Source: a virus
Taxonomy: Duplodnaviria > Caudoviricetes
Direction: 5' to 3' (one strand)
IMG/VR virus record: IMGVR_UViG_3300025312_000115
Location: 1 to 39,504 of that record
Length of the DNA stretch: 39,504 nt
A model generated the notes under the pieces. It saw nothing but the letters and a program-made list of their open reading frames with translations, had not been told where the DNA came from and did not search any database. The position numbers and the translations under genes are program-made. This document shows positions 1 through 8,418 of the stretch, in pieces. Each line of letters begins with the position of its first letter. Position 1 is the first letter of the stretch.

Positions 1-24
1 ACTGGGCGCGACAAAGCTCACTAG

Positions 25-53
25 TTGACGTACCAGTACTAGACTGGTATTCT
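25..53 (+). promoter_or_regulatory. Sigma70-type promoter with an overlapping palindromic operator
   Basis: TTGACG (25-30), 17 bp spacer, TG-G-TATTCT (-10 at 48-53). Inverted repeat TACCAGT-actag-ACTGGTA (31-49) fills the spacer. Confidence 0.65.
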
Positions 54-106
54 ACCCTGCAAGGTGGTGAACGGGAATACCTCTCCAGTCGCCAACCTTC
101 TCCTAC

Positions 107-152
107 GGCCCACTGGATTGATTCTTTGTCCTTTCGATCAATCCAGTGGGCC
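107..152 (+). terminator. Perfect 16-bp hairpin (terminator or processing stem)
   Basis: GGCCCACTGGATTGAT (107-122) is the exact reverse complement of ATCAATCCAGTGGGCC (137-152); 14-nt pyrimidine-rich loop; no strong U-tract. Confidence 0.5.
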
Positions 153-182
153 ATCACATTATTCTGGAGTACTAGAAATTGA

Positions 183-218
183 CTAACACATCTAGCACAA
201 CTAACACATCTAGGACAA
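183..218. repeat. 18-bp tandem direct repeat, 2 copies
   Basis: CTAACACATCTAGCACAA (183-200) and CTAACACATCTAGGACAA (201-218), one mismatch. Confidence 0.85.
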
Positions 219-240
219 GTATCTGATCCGCCGACATTCG

Positions 241-999
241 GTGAGCGAAAAGGTTGCTGGTAGCGCAGTAACTAAGTACGCAGCCCGAATAGTGGGGGTG
301 ATCGCTCTCTCTCTTTACGCCGCAGTTGTACCGGCATCCCACTACGCCGTTGCTAACCTAACAGTTTCTCCGCCCCATTTCCCCTCAACCCCTCCGCCCC
401 CTCCCCTTACGCTCACTCTCATCACTGAGATACCCGAAGTCATTGTTGAGACTATTGAGGTGGAGACTAAGACTGATGAGGTGGAGATTGTGGTGGTCGA
501 AGTGGTGGAGCCGGTAATCGAAACCACGACCATCACTACCACTACTACTGATGATTTGGTAGTGGAGGCTACTAGACTAGCGGAACCATCAACCGTTAGT
601 CTATCTCAGCAGGATACACAGATTACTCCCCTCCCGCCCCCTCCGCCCCCACCTTCCACTATTTCACTGGAGCAACTTGATCAAGCGGCAATTGAAGCCG
701 GGTGGCCCCAAGAAGAGGGTTGGTGGCCTCAGATGCGGAGAATCATTACCGAGTGTGAGAATAAATCCCTAAACCCTCACGCCCATAATACCAGCGATCC
801 CTATGGGGGAAGTGCCGGACTAGCACAATTAAACGTTGGCTGGTTCAGCTATCTCGGAGAAGATCCCTCTATGATGTTCGACCCCGTAGTCAATCTCCGT
901 ACCGCTCTCACTCTAAGAAAGCGAATCGGTGGGTTCGGTACGGGAGCAGGATGGTCATGCTTCTACAAACTCGGATTGGACTTGCGATGGGAGAAATAA
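241..999 (+). CDS. Lytic transglycosylase (SLT/lysozyme-like) with N-terminal hydrophobic anchor and Pro/Thr/Glu-rich linker
   Basis: N-terminal hydrophobic helix; PPPP and TTTT linker; C-terminal 'ECE...NPHAHN...SAGLAQLN...FDPVVNLRTA...W' matches the SLT E / GLxQ / DPxxN pattern. Confidence 0.72.
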   Translation: MSEKVAGSAVTKYAARIVGVIALSLYAAVVPASHYAVANLTVSPPHFPSTPPPPPLTLTLITEIPEVIVETIEVETKTDEVEIVVVEVVEPVIETTTITTTTTDDLVVEATRLAEPSTVSLSQQDTQITPLPPPPPPPSTISLEQLDQAAIEAGWPQEEGWWPQMRRIITECENKSLNPHAHNTSDPYGGSAGLAQLNVGWFSYLGEDPSMMFDPVVNLRTALTLRKRIGGFGTGAGWSCFYKLGLDLRWEK

Positions 1000-1017
1000 A
1001 TCGCTAAACTGGGGAGC

Positions 1018-1944
1018 ATGTCAACTCCCGACATTTCCTCTAAGAACATTGAGCCCAGTGACCAAATATCACTGGGCTCTTTGCTGCCCAATCTCGGGCA
1101 GTTTACACTCAACAACGAAGAACAATCTTGGGTAGCTGATTTCGCTAGTAAGCTCAGTGATCAAGTCCAAGGACTGAAGGGGAATGAGAAGGCCGCGTAC
1201 GACGACCTTGAATTCTATTCTCGATTCGTAATGGGCGAGGATAACATAGAATACACACGTAATTCCTCGTTTCTCCGCAACATTTACTGGGACTGGCAGT
1301 ATACTAACGACGATATGCTGGTTCTCGGCCCGCGAGGCTCAGCAAAGTCCACCGCAGTCACAATCACATCAACTACTTGGGAGATTGGACGTAACCCTGC
1401 CGTCCGCGCCCTCCTAGCATTCGCATCGATGGAAGCCCAAGGTCTTGCGTTTGCTAGGCAGCTTGACCACATTATTACCAAGAACGAACGATACATCTCG
1501 ATCTTCGGGGAGCTAAAACCTCAGAAGCCTGAGAAATGGGATGAGAGCGAGAAAATCGTTCGTCGCTCCACCCCTCCCTCTGGATTAAAAGACCCTACCA
1601 TTGCAGTTGTCGGACTCGGCTCCGCTGTCCCCTCTAAACGTGCTGATATCGTAGTCTGCGATGACCTAGTCACTATGGAGAACGCTTATAGTGATATTCA
1701 GCGCGCAAAAGTCATCCGCTTCGTCTTTCAAACTCTCTTCCCGATTCTTGTACCGGGCGGACGGCGCGTGATTATCGGAAGTCGGTGGGATGAGCGAGAT
1801 CTCTACGCGCACACCGCTACTCAATGGGGACTTCAATTCCCCGAACCCGTCCAAATTGACCTCGGTGAGATTATCTCTCACGCTGTTACCAACGATCTAG
1901 TGAAGTATGATGACAAGAAATTCGTTGAAAGGCCCATACAATGA
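1018..1944 (+). CDS. terL: Terminase large subunit, N-terminal ATPase fragment
   Basis: Walker A 'GPRGSAKST', Walker B 'IVVCDD', coupling motif 'IIGSRW..RDLY'; the ORF stops before the lid and nuclease region. Confidence 0.88.
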   Translation: MSTPDISSKNIEPSDQISLGSLLPNLGQFTLNNEEQSWVADFASKLSDQVQGLKGNEKAAYDDLEFYSRFVMGEDNIEYTRNSSFLRNIYWDWQYTNDDMLVLGPRGSAKSTAVTITSTTWEIGRNPAVRALLAFASMEAQGLAFARQLDHIITKNERYISIFGELKPQKPEKWDESEKIVRRSTPPSGLKDPTIAVVGLGSAVPSKRADIVVCDDLVTMENAYSDIQRAKVIRFVFQTLFPILVPGGRRVIIGSRWDERDLYAHTATQWGLQFPEPVQIDLGEIISHAVTNDLVKYDDKKFVERPIQ

Positions 1945-2912
1945 CGCTGATTCAGCCCTATCGAGTTATTACGCATGTAGATCTCTTTGCTGGGATAGGT
2001 GGAATGCGCCTTGGAGTCGAGGGAGCGGCACGGATTCTTGGCTACGAATCTGAAATTCTTGTGTCTTGTGATATCAATAAGGACGCCCAACGTACCTACA
2101 GCCGATATTTTGGGGGAGATTATACCCACCACGATATCAGAAATACCCACTTAGAGGGATTAAAAGGTAAGGTGGATGTCCTGACCGCTGGATTCCCGTG
2201 TCAGCCGTTCAGCAAGGCTAATTCCACCTCTGTGAAGGGGGATAATCATCGTAGTGGCCTTCTATTCCTTGATATGCTCCGAATCATAGGGGAAACTCTC
2301 CCGAGGGTGCTGGTGTTAGAGAATGTTCCCCAGTTCGCCTCTATAGACGATGAAGTTCAACTCGACACCATAATCGCTTCTCTCAGCGATCTCGGCTACT
2401 TCCTCTGGTGGGATATCTACTCCCCAGAATCTTTTGTCCCGCAACGTCGTAATCGATTCTTCCTTGGAGCAGTTCTTGGGAGTGAACTACCCCGGATGTG
2501 GAATCCCCCACTCAACAGTTGGCGTCCAACACTAGGAGATATTCTCGACCCTGTTGAAGAAGTCAACCCCACTCTTCATCTAGCAAAACACAACTGGTAC
2601 AATCTGCTTACTAAGAGGACTCACCGCCCCGTCTATATTCCGCGTGAAGAAGCAGATTATCATCAAACAGTTACAGGCCCACTATTGGCGAATGGGCACA
2701 AGGGATCACAGGATATCCTGATAATGGAGCCCTATAGCGCGATTCCGCGAGTCCTCTCCGTATGTGAGATGACCAAACTCATGGGCTTCCCCTACGATAT
2801 ATTCAAGTGGAACATCCCTAAAACTACGGCACATCAGCAACTCGGCAACTCTGTAGTGCCTGAGCTAATCACCAACCTCCTACTTCCGATGCTAGAGCAG
2901 ACACTTGGCTAA
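1941..2912 (+). CDS. DNA (cytosine-5)-methyltransferase
   Basis: Motif I 'DLFAGIGG', IV 'GFPCQPFS', VI 'LENV', VIII 'QRRNRFF', X 'QLGNSV'; ATGA overlap with the terL-N stop. Confidence 0.95.
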   Translation: MTLIQPYRVITHVDLFAGIGGMRLGVEGAARILGYESEILVSCDINKDAQRTYSRYFGGDYTHHDIRNTHLEGLKGKVDVLTAGFPCQPFSKANSTSVKGDNHRSGLLFLDMLRIIGETLPRVLVLENVPQFASIDDEVQLDTIIASLSDLGYFLWWDIYSPESFVPQRRNRFFLGAVLGSELPRMWNPPLNSWRPTLGDILDPVEEVNPTLHLAKHNWYNLLTKRTHRPVYIPREEADYHQTVTGPLLANGHKGSQDILIMEPYSAIPRVLSVCEMTKLMGFPYDIFKWNIPKTTAHQQLGNSVVPELITNLLLPMLEQTLG

Positions 2913-3210
2913 GCCCCCTATCTACTCCTTCTGGTCGCTGGTGGATCGTAAATCCTATCACCCAAAAGGCTGTTGGCTCTGGACAGGTAAGGTAAATCGT
3001 AGTGGCTACGGATACTTCACCATATTTGGGCGGAAGATGTACGCCCATCGAGTCGCCTACACCATAGTAAAGGGGCAAATCCGTAGAGGATGGGAAATTG
3101 ACCACCGCTGTACAACTAGACTATGCTGTAACCCTAGACATCTGGAGCAAGTGACCCCCAGCGAGAATAAACGGCGAATAACGGATCGGAAACCGCATCA
3201 AGGAATTTAG
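2905..3210 (+). CDS. HNH endonuclease (homing-endonuclease type)
   Basis: 'CWLWTG...GYG...AHRVAY...IDHRC..RLCCNPRHLE.VT..EN'. Confidence 0.9.
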   Translation: MAKPPIYSFWSLVDRKSYHPKGCWLWTGKVNRSGYGYFTIFGRKMYAHRVAYTIVKGQIRRGWEIDHRCTTRLCCNPRHLEQVTPSENKRRITDRKPHQGI

Positions 3211-3213
3211 AGA

Positions 3214-3447
3214 ATGTGCCAATCGTGCCGCCCAACGTACGTTGATTTTACACAGCGACCGAACTATGCTGTACACTTTAATCCGTTAAGTATCGGTATC
3301 GATATGTGGGATATCCGTGTCGTTATTGCCTGTCCCTTTTGTTTTATCGCTACCGATGTCATTCTAACAACTGGGAAGCGTAAAGCCACTAATCTTCCTC
3401 ACGAGTTTGAGTGCTGCATCGCCCATATCATGTTTAGGGATGTGTAA
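3214..3447 (+). CDS. Small Cys-rich hypothetical protein (possible Zn-binding)
   Basis: CxxC twice plus HxxxCC; fills the gap between the HNH gene and terL-C exactly. Confidence 0.55.
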   Translation: MCQSCRPTYVDFTQRPNYAVHFNPLSIGIDMWDIRVVIACPFCFIATDVILTTGKRKATNLPHEFECCIAHIMFRDV

Positions 3448-3450
3448 ACA

Positions 3451-4503
3451 TTGCCGCGATTAATCTACGAACGCGCCCTCCATGTTGATGAAGCTACTGG
3501 GCGCATAACATCATACTGGCCTGAGCGATGGCCCCTCCATCTTCTAGCCAAAGAGCTAATCGGGATGGGCAGCGCGTTCTTCGCAGCAGCCTACCAGAAT
3601 GATCCATCCGCCCTCGAAGGTTCCCTACTAAAAGCTAACTGGCTACATCCCTATCTTGGGAGTGAGCTTGAAGCACACCGACGATCTCTTGGAGTTGAGC
3701 ATGGAACCATACATTGTGGAATCGACCCCACCCAAGGAGGCATCGACGGAGATCCCGACTTTTGCGCCGGTATTGCAGTTGAGGTACTTGAACATCGAGG
3801 CTACCTTATCGATTTCTTCCTCAAGAAACTCCGAATCGAGGATCAGGCCCAATACTTTGAAGATTGGCTAACTTTCCAGTCACCGTCATTCACAATCATA
3901 GAAGATACTACTAGTAAAGGATATGTGTACAATGCGCTTGCCCATCAAGTCAACAGCGGTACAGGTACTAAACATGCTATTACCATTGAGAAGCCGCAAG
4001 GTCGAAACGCAATCGGTAACAAACAAGTGCGCTTTATGTCTATGGCCCCTAGATTCGAGAATGCACAAGTTCGGGTGCCGGGCCTCCAAGTTGGTAGTGA
4101 AATCATACTTGATCCCCGCTGGGAGCCGTGGTTTACCCAGTGGCGAAGCTTCCCAAGCGGTCATGATGATGGATTGGACGCTGCCTACTGGGCAATCTTC
4201 TCAGGCTTCCGAATTGATCCCGGTGCGAGTGCGAGTAAGCTTCCCACAGGCACAGACACCCCCGCTAGAGTTGATTCAACTAATCCAAAACTTGTTGGAA
4301 TCTTATGCGAACGAGAAGCACACCTAGCGTTTGGTAAGTCTATATCAGAGTGTATAAGGTGTATGTTGACACTTGAAGACACTTTCATGTATGATGAGCA
4401 AACGGTGGGGACTCCGGGACGGTCGGGACTAGTTCGCACCCTTGATACTCGCTCAATAGGTCAACCGCGTAATCGGCCTAATAGAATCAGGATGATGAGG
4501 TAA
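3451..4503 (+). CDS. terL: Terminase large subunit, C-terminal fragment (ATPase lid plus RNase H-like nuclease)
   Basis: 'YWPERW...FAAAYQNDP', 'GIDP', 'IIED', 'FPSGHDDGLDA'; TTG start preceded by AGGGA; ~100-aa C-terminal extension. Confidence 0.88.
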   Translation: MPRLIYERALHVDEATGRITSYWPERWPLHLLAKELIGMGSAFFAAAYQNDPSALEGSLLKANWLHPYLGSELEAHRRSLGVEHGTIHCGIDPTQGGIDGDPDFCAGIAVEVLEHRGYLIDFFLKKLRIEDQAQYFEDWLTFQSPSFTIIEDTTSKGYVYNALAHQVNSGTGTKHAITIEKPQGRNAIGNKQVRFMSMAPRFENAQVRVPGLQVGSEIILDPRWEPWFTQWRSFPSGHDDGLDAAYWAIFSGFRIDPGASASKLPTGTDTPARVDSTNPKLVGILCEREAHLAFGKSISECIRCMLTLEDTFMYDEQTVGTPGRSGLVRTLDTRSIGQPRNRPNRIRMMR

Positions 4504-4513
4504 CCCACAACCC

Positions 4514-5080
4514 ATGAAGAATCCACTCTCAATTACTACGGATAAGCGTAAAGCGCGCGAAACTATTACGCGGAATGGGTTTGATGAGTTCTTTAGAGAT
4601 CCCGCCAATCCTGGCAAGCCGCTCCAAGTACTCCCATCTGCATCTGGTTACAATCCCGAACAGGAATGGATTAGCTTTGCTTGTGAAGTCTCGCCCAATA
4701 ACGGGAGCGGTGGGGAGAACAGTTATCAATGGCAGCCTCTCATCACCCAACTAACCCCTTGGAGGGCCTACATTGATCTTACTGGGATCGAATACTCCGA
4801 TCACTTCATTATCCAGACCGAAATTCGAGTTCATTCCCCCAACTCTATTCCTCGGTACCCTAAAGATGCTAGAGGATACATTTGGGTACTTGATGACCGA
4901 CTTGCTATCACACTTAGAAAAGCAAATAGCGGAGAGCCTGATTCCATCCACGTCAATGGTTCACCGCTCAGCTTCAACAAGATCCTGTCCGTAGAGCCGT
5001 TAAGCGGGCCGTGGGAAGCGAGACTATCAATTGCCCAAGTCCAAGGGATTAGTAAGAAGCTTCGGGTACTGACGTTGTAG
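4514..5080 (+). CDS. Hypothetical protein
   Basis: 188-aa ORF packed between terL-C and portal; no motif recognised. Confidence 0.65.
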   Translation: MKNPLSITTDKRKARETITRNGFDEFFRDPANPGKPLQVLPSASGYNPEQEWISFACEVSPNNGSGGENSYQWQPLITQLTPWRAYIDLTGIEYSDHFIIQTEIRVHSPNSIPRYPKDARGYIWVLDDRLAITLRKANSGEPDSIHVNGSPLSFNKILSVEPLSGPWEARLSIAQVQGISKKLRVLTL

Positions 5081-5132
5081 CTCCGGCGTTATTGTGGTAG
5101 AGTCACCACGTAGCCCATTGTAGTCACTGTAT

Positions 5133-5146
5133 AGTCTTGCGGACTT
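5133..5146 (-). promoter_or_regulatory. Palindromic motif AAGTC-CGCAA-GACT, copy 1 (inverted)
   Basis: AGTCTTGCGGACTT is the reverse complement of the core found at 13308 and 28026; it lies 21 nt upstream of the portal start. Confidence 0.55.
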
Positions 5147-5167
5147 ACCGCGCCGGGGAGAGCCATC

Positions 5168-6727
5168 GTGCTAGTCAATGGTACCAACGCCCAGAAGCCT
5201 TCCCGTGCGTACTCGGAAGCGACGATAATCTCCTACCCTACCGGACGCACTGAAGATTCAAACTATCGTTCTACAGGCATTGGAGGACGCAAATCCCTCA
5301 AAGATGCTCTCGGTAGGGAGCTTCCCCCGTACTTGCATGATAAGCACATCGCCGTCTCCTTTCTTGCTTATCGTGTTAACCCGATGGCCCACCGGCTCAT
5401 CGAGATGCAGGTCAACTTCGTCCTTGGTAATGGGATCACCGTAACGTGCTTTGATTCTCCAGAGGCTCTTGCAATCATTAGCAGCTTCTGGAGTGACCCC
5501 TATAACAACTGGCCCCGACGCATCGCTGCTCGACTCCGTGATCTCTACCTTTATGGGGAGTGGTTGCATCGCCCCCTTGTGAACCCGAACTCCGGGTTTG
5601 TGTTCATGCGCGATGTGCAGCCTGATAACATCGACCATCTTCTCCCTGACCCGTACGACCACTCCCAAGTCGATAGGATCGTCCTCAAGCAGAAAGAATC
5701 AGGTACCGATTACTCCGCTCCCAACATTTGGGCGTATAATATTCGGGAGAGACTAGACGAGAAGCTTGCAATCGTTAGTGAGCCATCCGGTGAACTGTTC
5801 CATTTTGGAATCAACGACACCACCGACTCACTTCGTGGTGTTGGTGAACTGTTCCCTCTGATTGACTACATTGACCTATACGACGGCATGATCTTCGCTC
5901 GTGCTGAAAAGATCGAGAACATGGGCCATATGTACTACGATCTCACGTTGGAGGGGATGAGCGAACAGGAGATGCGGAACTATCTCACCCAAGAGACTAA
6001 TGTTCCTCCGCGTCCCGGTTCGGTGTTCGCTCATAACCCACAAGCAATCCTCACAACCGTTACTGCGGACTTGAAAGCTGATGATCATGCTGTTGATGTC
6101 GGCGTAATGAAGTCCAACATCGTCTCGTGGGCAGGGTGGCCGGGAACTTGGTTCGATGAACCCGGTTCGGCTGGTCGTGCTGTTGGTGCTGAGATGGCTG
6201 AAGGTACCCTCAAGAACATCACTCAGCTTCAAGCAACCATCGCCCAACTCCTACGTACTGAGATTGACTACGCCATCTTCCAAGCTATCCTTGCTGGTAA
6301 GCTCAATCCCAAGAGTGCCAAGGTTAATAGATTGGGCATCCCCAACTACACTATTAGCTTTAGTCGGCCTACAGCAAAAGATATTCAGCGCATGGGGCCA
6401 TCACTTGCGAGATACGCATCTTTCATTGAGACAGTAACATCAAAGGTACCGCTTCTCACTCAGGAAGAGGGCCGACAGCTTGTTGTTGCTCAGATTCAAC
6501 AGTTGGGGTTGAATGATGTTCCGATAAGCATGGTACTGCCTACTACACTTCCTAAGATCCCCGAGCCGAAAGACCCCAATAAGGTTCCGCCACCATCATT
6601 TGGTAGTAATGGTAATGGCAACGGCGGTAGTCCTGCTACCAATCCAAAGGTTGCTGCTAAGGTAGCCGAAAACGCCCAGATTATTGAGGGAACACATATC
6701 TCTCAATTGTTTGAGAAACTATACTAG
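5168..6727 (+). CDS. Portal protein
   Basis: Position after terminase, 519 aa, 'NPMAHRLIE...FVLGNGI', 'LYLYGE', 'RGVGEL' portal-like motifs, Pro-rich tail. Confidence 0.85.
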   Translation: MLVNGTNAQKPSRAYSEATIISYPTGRTEDSNYRSTGIGGRKSLKDALGRELPPYLHDKHIAVSFLAYRVNPMAHRLIEMQVNFVLGNGITVTCFDSPEALAIISSFWSDPYNNWPRRIAARLRDLYLYGEWLHRPLVNPNSGFVFMRDVQPDNIDHLLPDPYDHSQVDRIVLKQKESGTDYSAPNIWAYNIRERLDEKLAIVSEPSGELFHFGINDTTDSLRGVGELFPLIDYIDLYDGMIFARAEKIENMGHMYYDLTLEGMSEQEMRNYLTQETNVPPRPGSVFAHNPQAILTTVTADLKADDHAVDVGVMKSNIVSWAGWPGTWFDEPGSAGRAVGAEMAEGTLKNITQLQATIAQLLRTEIDYAIFQAILAGKLNPKSAKVNRLGIPNYTISFSRPTAKDIQRMGPSLARYASFIETVTSKVPLLTQEEGRQLVVAQIQQLGLNDVPISMVLPTTLPKIPEPKDPNKVPPPSFGSNGNGNGGSPATNPKVAAKVAENAQIIEGTHISQLFEKLY

Positions 6728-6764
6728 CCTCATCGACCCACTACACCCACTTAGGAGAACGATT

Positions 6765-7157
6765 GTGCCCACTGTTGATCTCGGAATTCGAGTACGCCTA
6801 GACCCCAATAAGGTAACGGATGGTCGTCCACATTCTGATATGGCTAACGCCATTCATGATAAGATCATCTCGTCCATCCTAAATGACGTAAACCAGTACA
6901 CCAAGTCTGATGGCAGTAGAATCACCGACCCTCGTGTCCGCATTCAACTTGCCCCGACACACATCATCTTCGATCTCATTGGAGATCTCCAAGAAAACGA
7001 ACCGGCAATCCGCTGGTTCACGAACAACTACAACGGGGCGCAGTTTCGCTCAAAGCTATCCGAGGCGATTCACAAATGTCTACTCGCGTGGGCACGTAAG
7101 AATTACAAGGATATCACATTCGTCGATCAGACCCACATCTGGACACAATCGGAGTAA
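6765..7157 (+). CDS. Hypothetical protein
   Basis: GTG at 6765 preceded by AGGAG; in frame with the 6684-7157 ORF. Confidence 0.6.
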   Translation: MPTVDLGIRVRLDPNKVTDGRPHSDMANAIHDKIISSILNDVNQYTKSDGSRITDPRVRIQLAPTHIIFDLIGDLQENEPAIRWFTNNYNGAQFRSKLSEAIHKCLLAWARKNYKDITFVDQTHIWTQSE

Positions 7158-7173
7158 GAGTGAGGATGGGCTA

Positions 7174-7464
7174 GTGCCAGTGTTAGGCTTGGAACTGTTT
7201 GCCACTACGGACATTGTGTCGGATGGAACTGCTACAAACGCTGTGGCAATAGCCGCCTTAGCTTTATGTGGCGCTATGCTTAAGGTAGTGCAGTCTAGTA
7301 TCAATGGAGATCGTGAAGATCGTCGTCTTGAAAACGAAGTACGCTTGGAAGAGGCCAAAGCACAAGTACGAATCCAAGAAACCCTTAACTCTCACACTCT
7401 CGCTGTTCGGGAGCTAACATCTTGGGTTCGACAACTGCACCATCTAGTAGATAAAGCCAGTTAA
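7174..7464 (+). CDS. Small membrane protein with C-terminal coiled coil (holin-like)
   Basis: GTG start after GAGG; one hydrophobic helix 'AVAIAALALCGAMLKVV' followed by a charged helix. Confidence 0.55.
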   Translation: MPVLGLELFATTDIVSDGTATNAVAIAALALCGAMLKVVQSSINGDREDRRLENEVRLEEAKAQVRIQETLNSHTLAVRELTSWVRQLHHLVDKAS

Positions 7465-7502
7465 CCCAGTACACCCACCACCCACAGTGATTGGGGACAA
7501 CG

Positions 7503-7718
7503 ATGCTCAGAATCTTAACTAGACCAACAAAACTTCTAAAAGGTACAATGATGTTGTTTAAGGGACAAGCAACCAAACGGGCCGAGTACAATGCGACCTT
7601 GCAAATCCGTAAAGCAGTTGCTATACGTACACAACAGGTCGCGGAAAAAGCCAAGCAGGAAACCGACGAGCTAGTACAAAAGATACAGGAGTCTCGACGG
7701 AATGAATTTCCTTACTAA
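7503..7718 (+). CDS. Small basic hypothetical protein
   Basis: ATG after GGGGA; overlaps the start of the next gene. Confidence 0.5.
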   Translation: MLRILTRPTKLLKGTMMLFKGQATKRAEYNATLQIRKAVAIRTQQVAEKAKQETDELVQKIQESRRNEFPY

Positions 7719-8001
7719 CAACGTACAGTGGTTCGATTTGCTTGTTCTTGCCCTCTACATTGTAGTAATCGCTTATACTGTACCGATCTGGTTTCGTGCG
7801 AACGGTACACGTCCGAGCGTGACATTCGTGTTAGGGATCACAGCAATCCTCGGTGCAGGTGCCGGAGTCGGTACAGCGCGGATTGAGGATGCGATCTACC
7901 CCGTTATTAGGGGTGTAGCCCTGTTGTGGATTCTCGTGTATGTCGTACGGCTTGCGCGATGGCATCCTAGTCCCAGAATTACCATCGATAAGGAGAGTTA
8001 G
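7702..8001 (+). CDS. Membrane protein with 3 predicted TM helices (holin-like)
   Basis: Three hydrophobic segments in 99 aa and a charged C-terminus. Confidence 0.6.
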   Translation: MNFLTNNVQWFDLLVLALYIVVIAYTVPIWFRANGTRPSVTFVLGITAILGAGAGVGTARIEDAIYPVIRGVALLWILVYVVRLARWHPSPRITIDKES

Positions 8002-8005
8002 GTCT

Positions 8006-8284
8006 ATGGATATTGCGTTCAATTTCGCTCTGGCAGGCCCGTTCATCGCTCTGCTGATTGGCTTCGTAAAGGGACTGGTCGATATTCCTACGAAGCTAAT
8101 TCCACTGGTAGCTCTTATCCTTGCGTACGCTTGGGGAGCCGTCCTGTGGAAAGCGGGCTACACCGATGGCGGATTCGATCTCGCACAGTTTGTAGTTACT
8201 GGGTTCTTTACCGCAGCAATTGCATCTGGTGCTAGGGAGATTACCGCTTCAACCATTGGCAAGACGGATACTAACACTCCGTAA
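8006..8284 (+). CDS. Holin-like membrane protein
   Basis: AAGGAG then ATG at 8006; 'LIGFVKG...PTKLIPLVALIL...VVTGF..AAIASG' resembles small 3-TM phage holins. Confidence 0.7.
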   Translation: MDIAFNFALAGPFIALLIGFVKGLVDIPTKLIPLVALILAYAWGAVLWKAGYTDGGFDLAQFVVTGFFTAAIASGAREITASTIGKTDTNTP

Positions 8285-8314
8285 CACTACAATCTCTCAG
8301 TTAAGAACAATAGT

Positions 8315-8368
8315 GGCCCGTTGACACCTTTAATCTAGAAAAGGTGTTGACGGGCCTCTTGCTATACT
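8315..8368 (+). promoter_or_regulatory. Hairpin followed by an extended -10 promoter upstream of the capsid gene
   Basis: GGCCCGTTGACACCTT / AAGGTGTTGACGGGCC stem (8315-8356, two G-U pairs), then TGCTATACT (8360-8368). Confidence 0.5.
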
Positions 8369-8418
8369 GCATTCTCGCAATGGAGTCCCCTTTCATTCAT
8401 ACGGAGAGTGTAAACTTA

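Noticed and set aside
183-218. CRISPR or mini-array
   Set aside because: Only two adjacent 18-bp units with no spacer; the 26-bp pair at 29053/29223 is likewise two copies separated by a coding gene.
1800-3500. Split intein or group I intron explaining the terL break
   Set aside because: No Cys/Ser-initiated N-intein or His-Asn C-intein at the junctions, and the ORFs abut with no non-coding room for a ribozyme core; not formally excluded without a covariance search.
6910-7173. Upstream part of the 184-aa ORF 6910-7464
   Set aside because: Overlaps ORF 6765-7157; the RBS supports a start at 7174.
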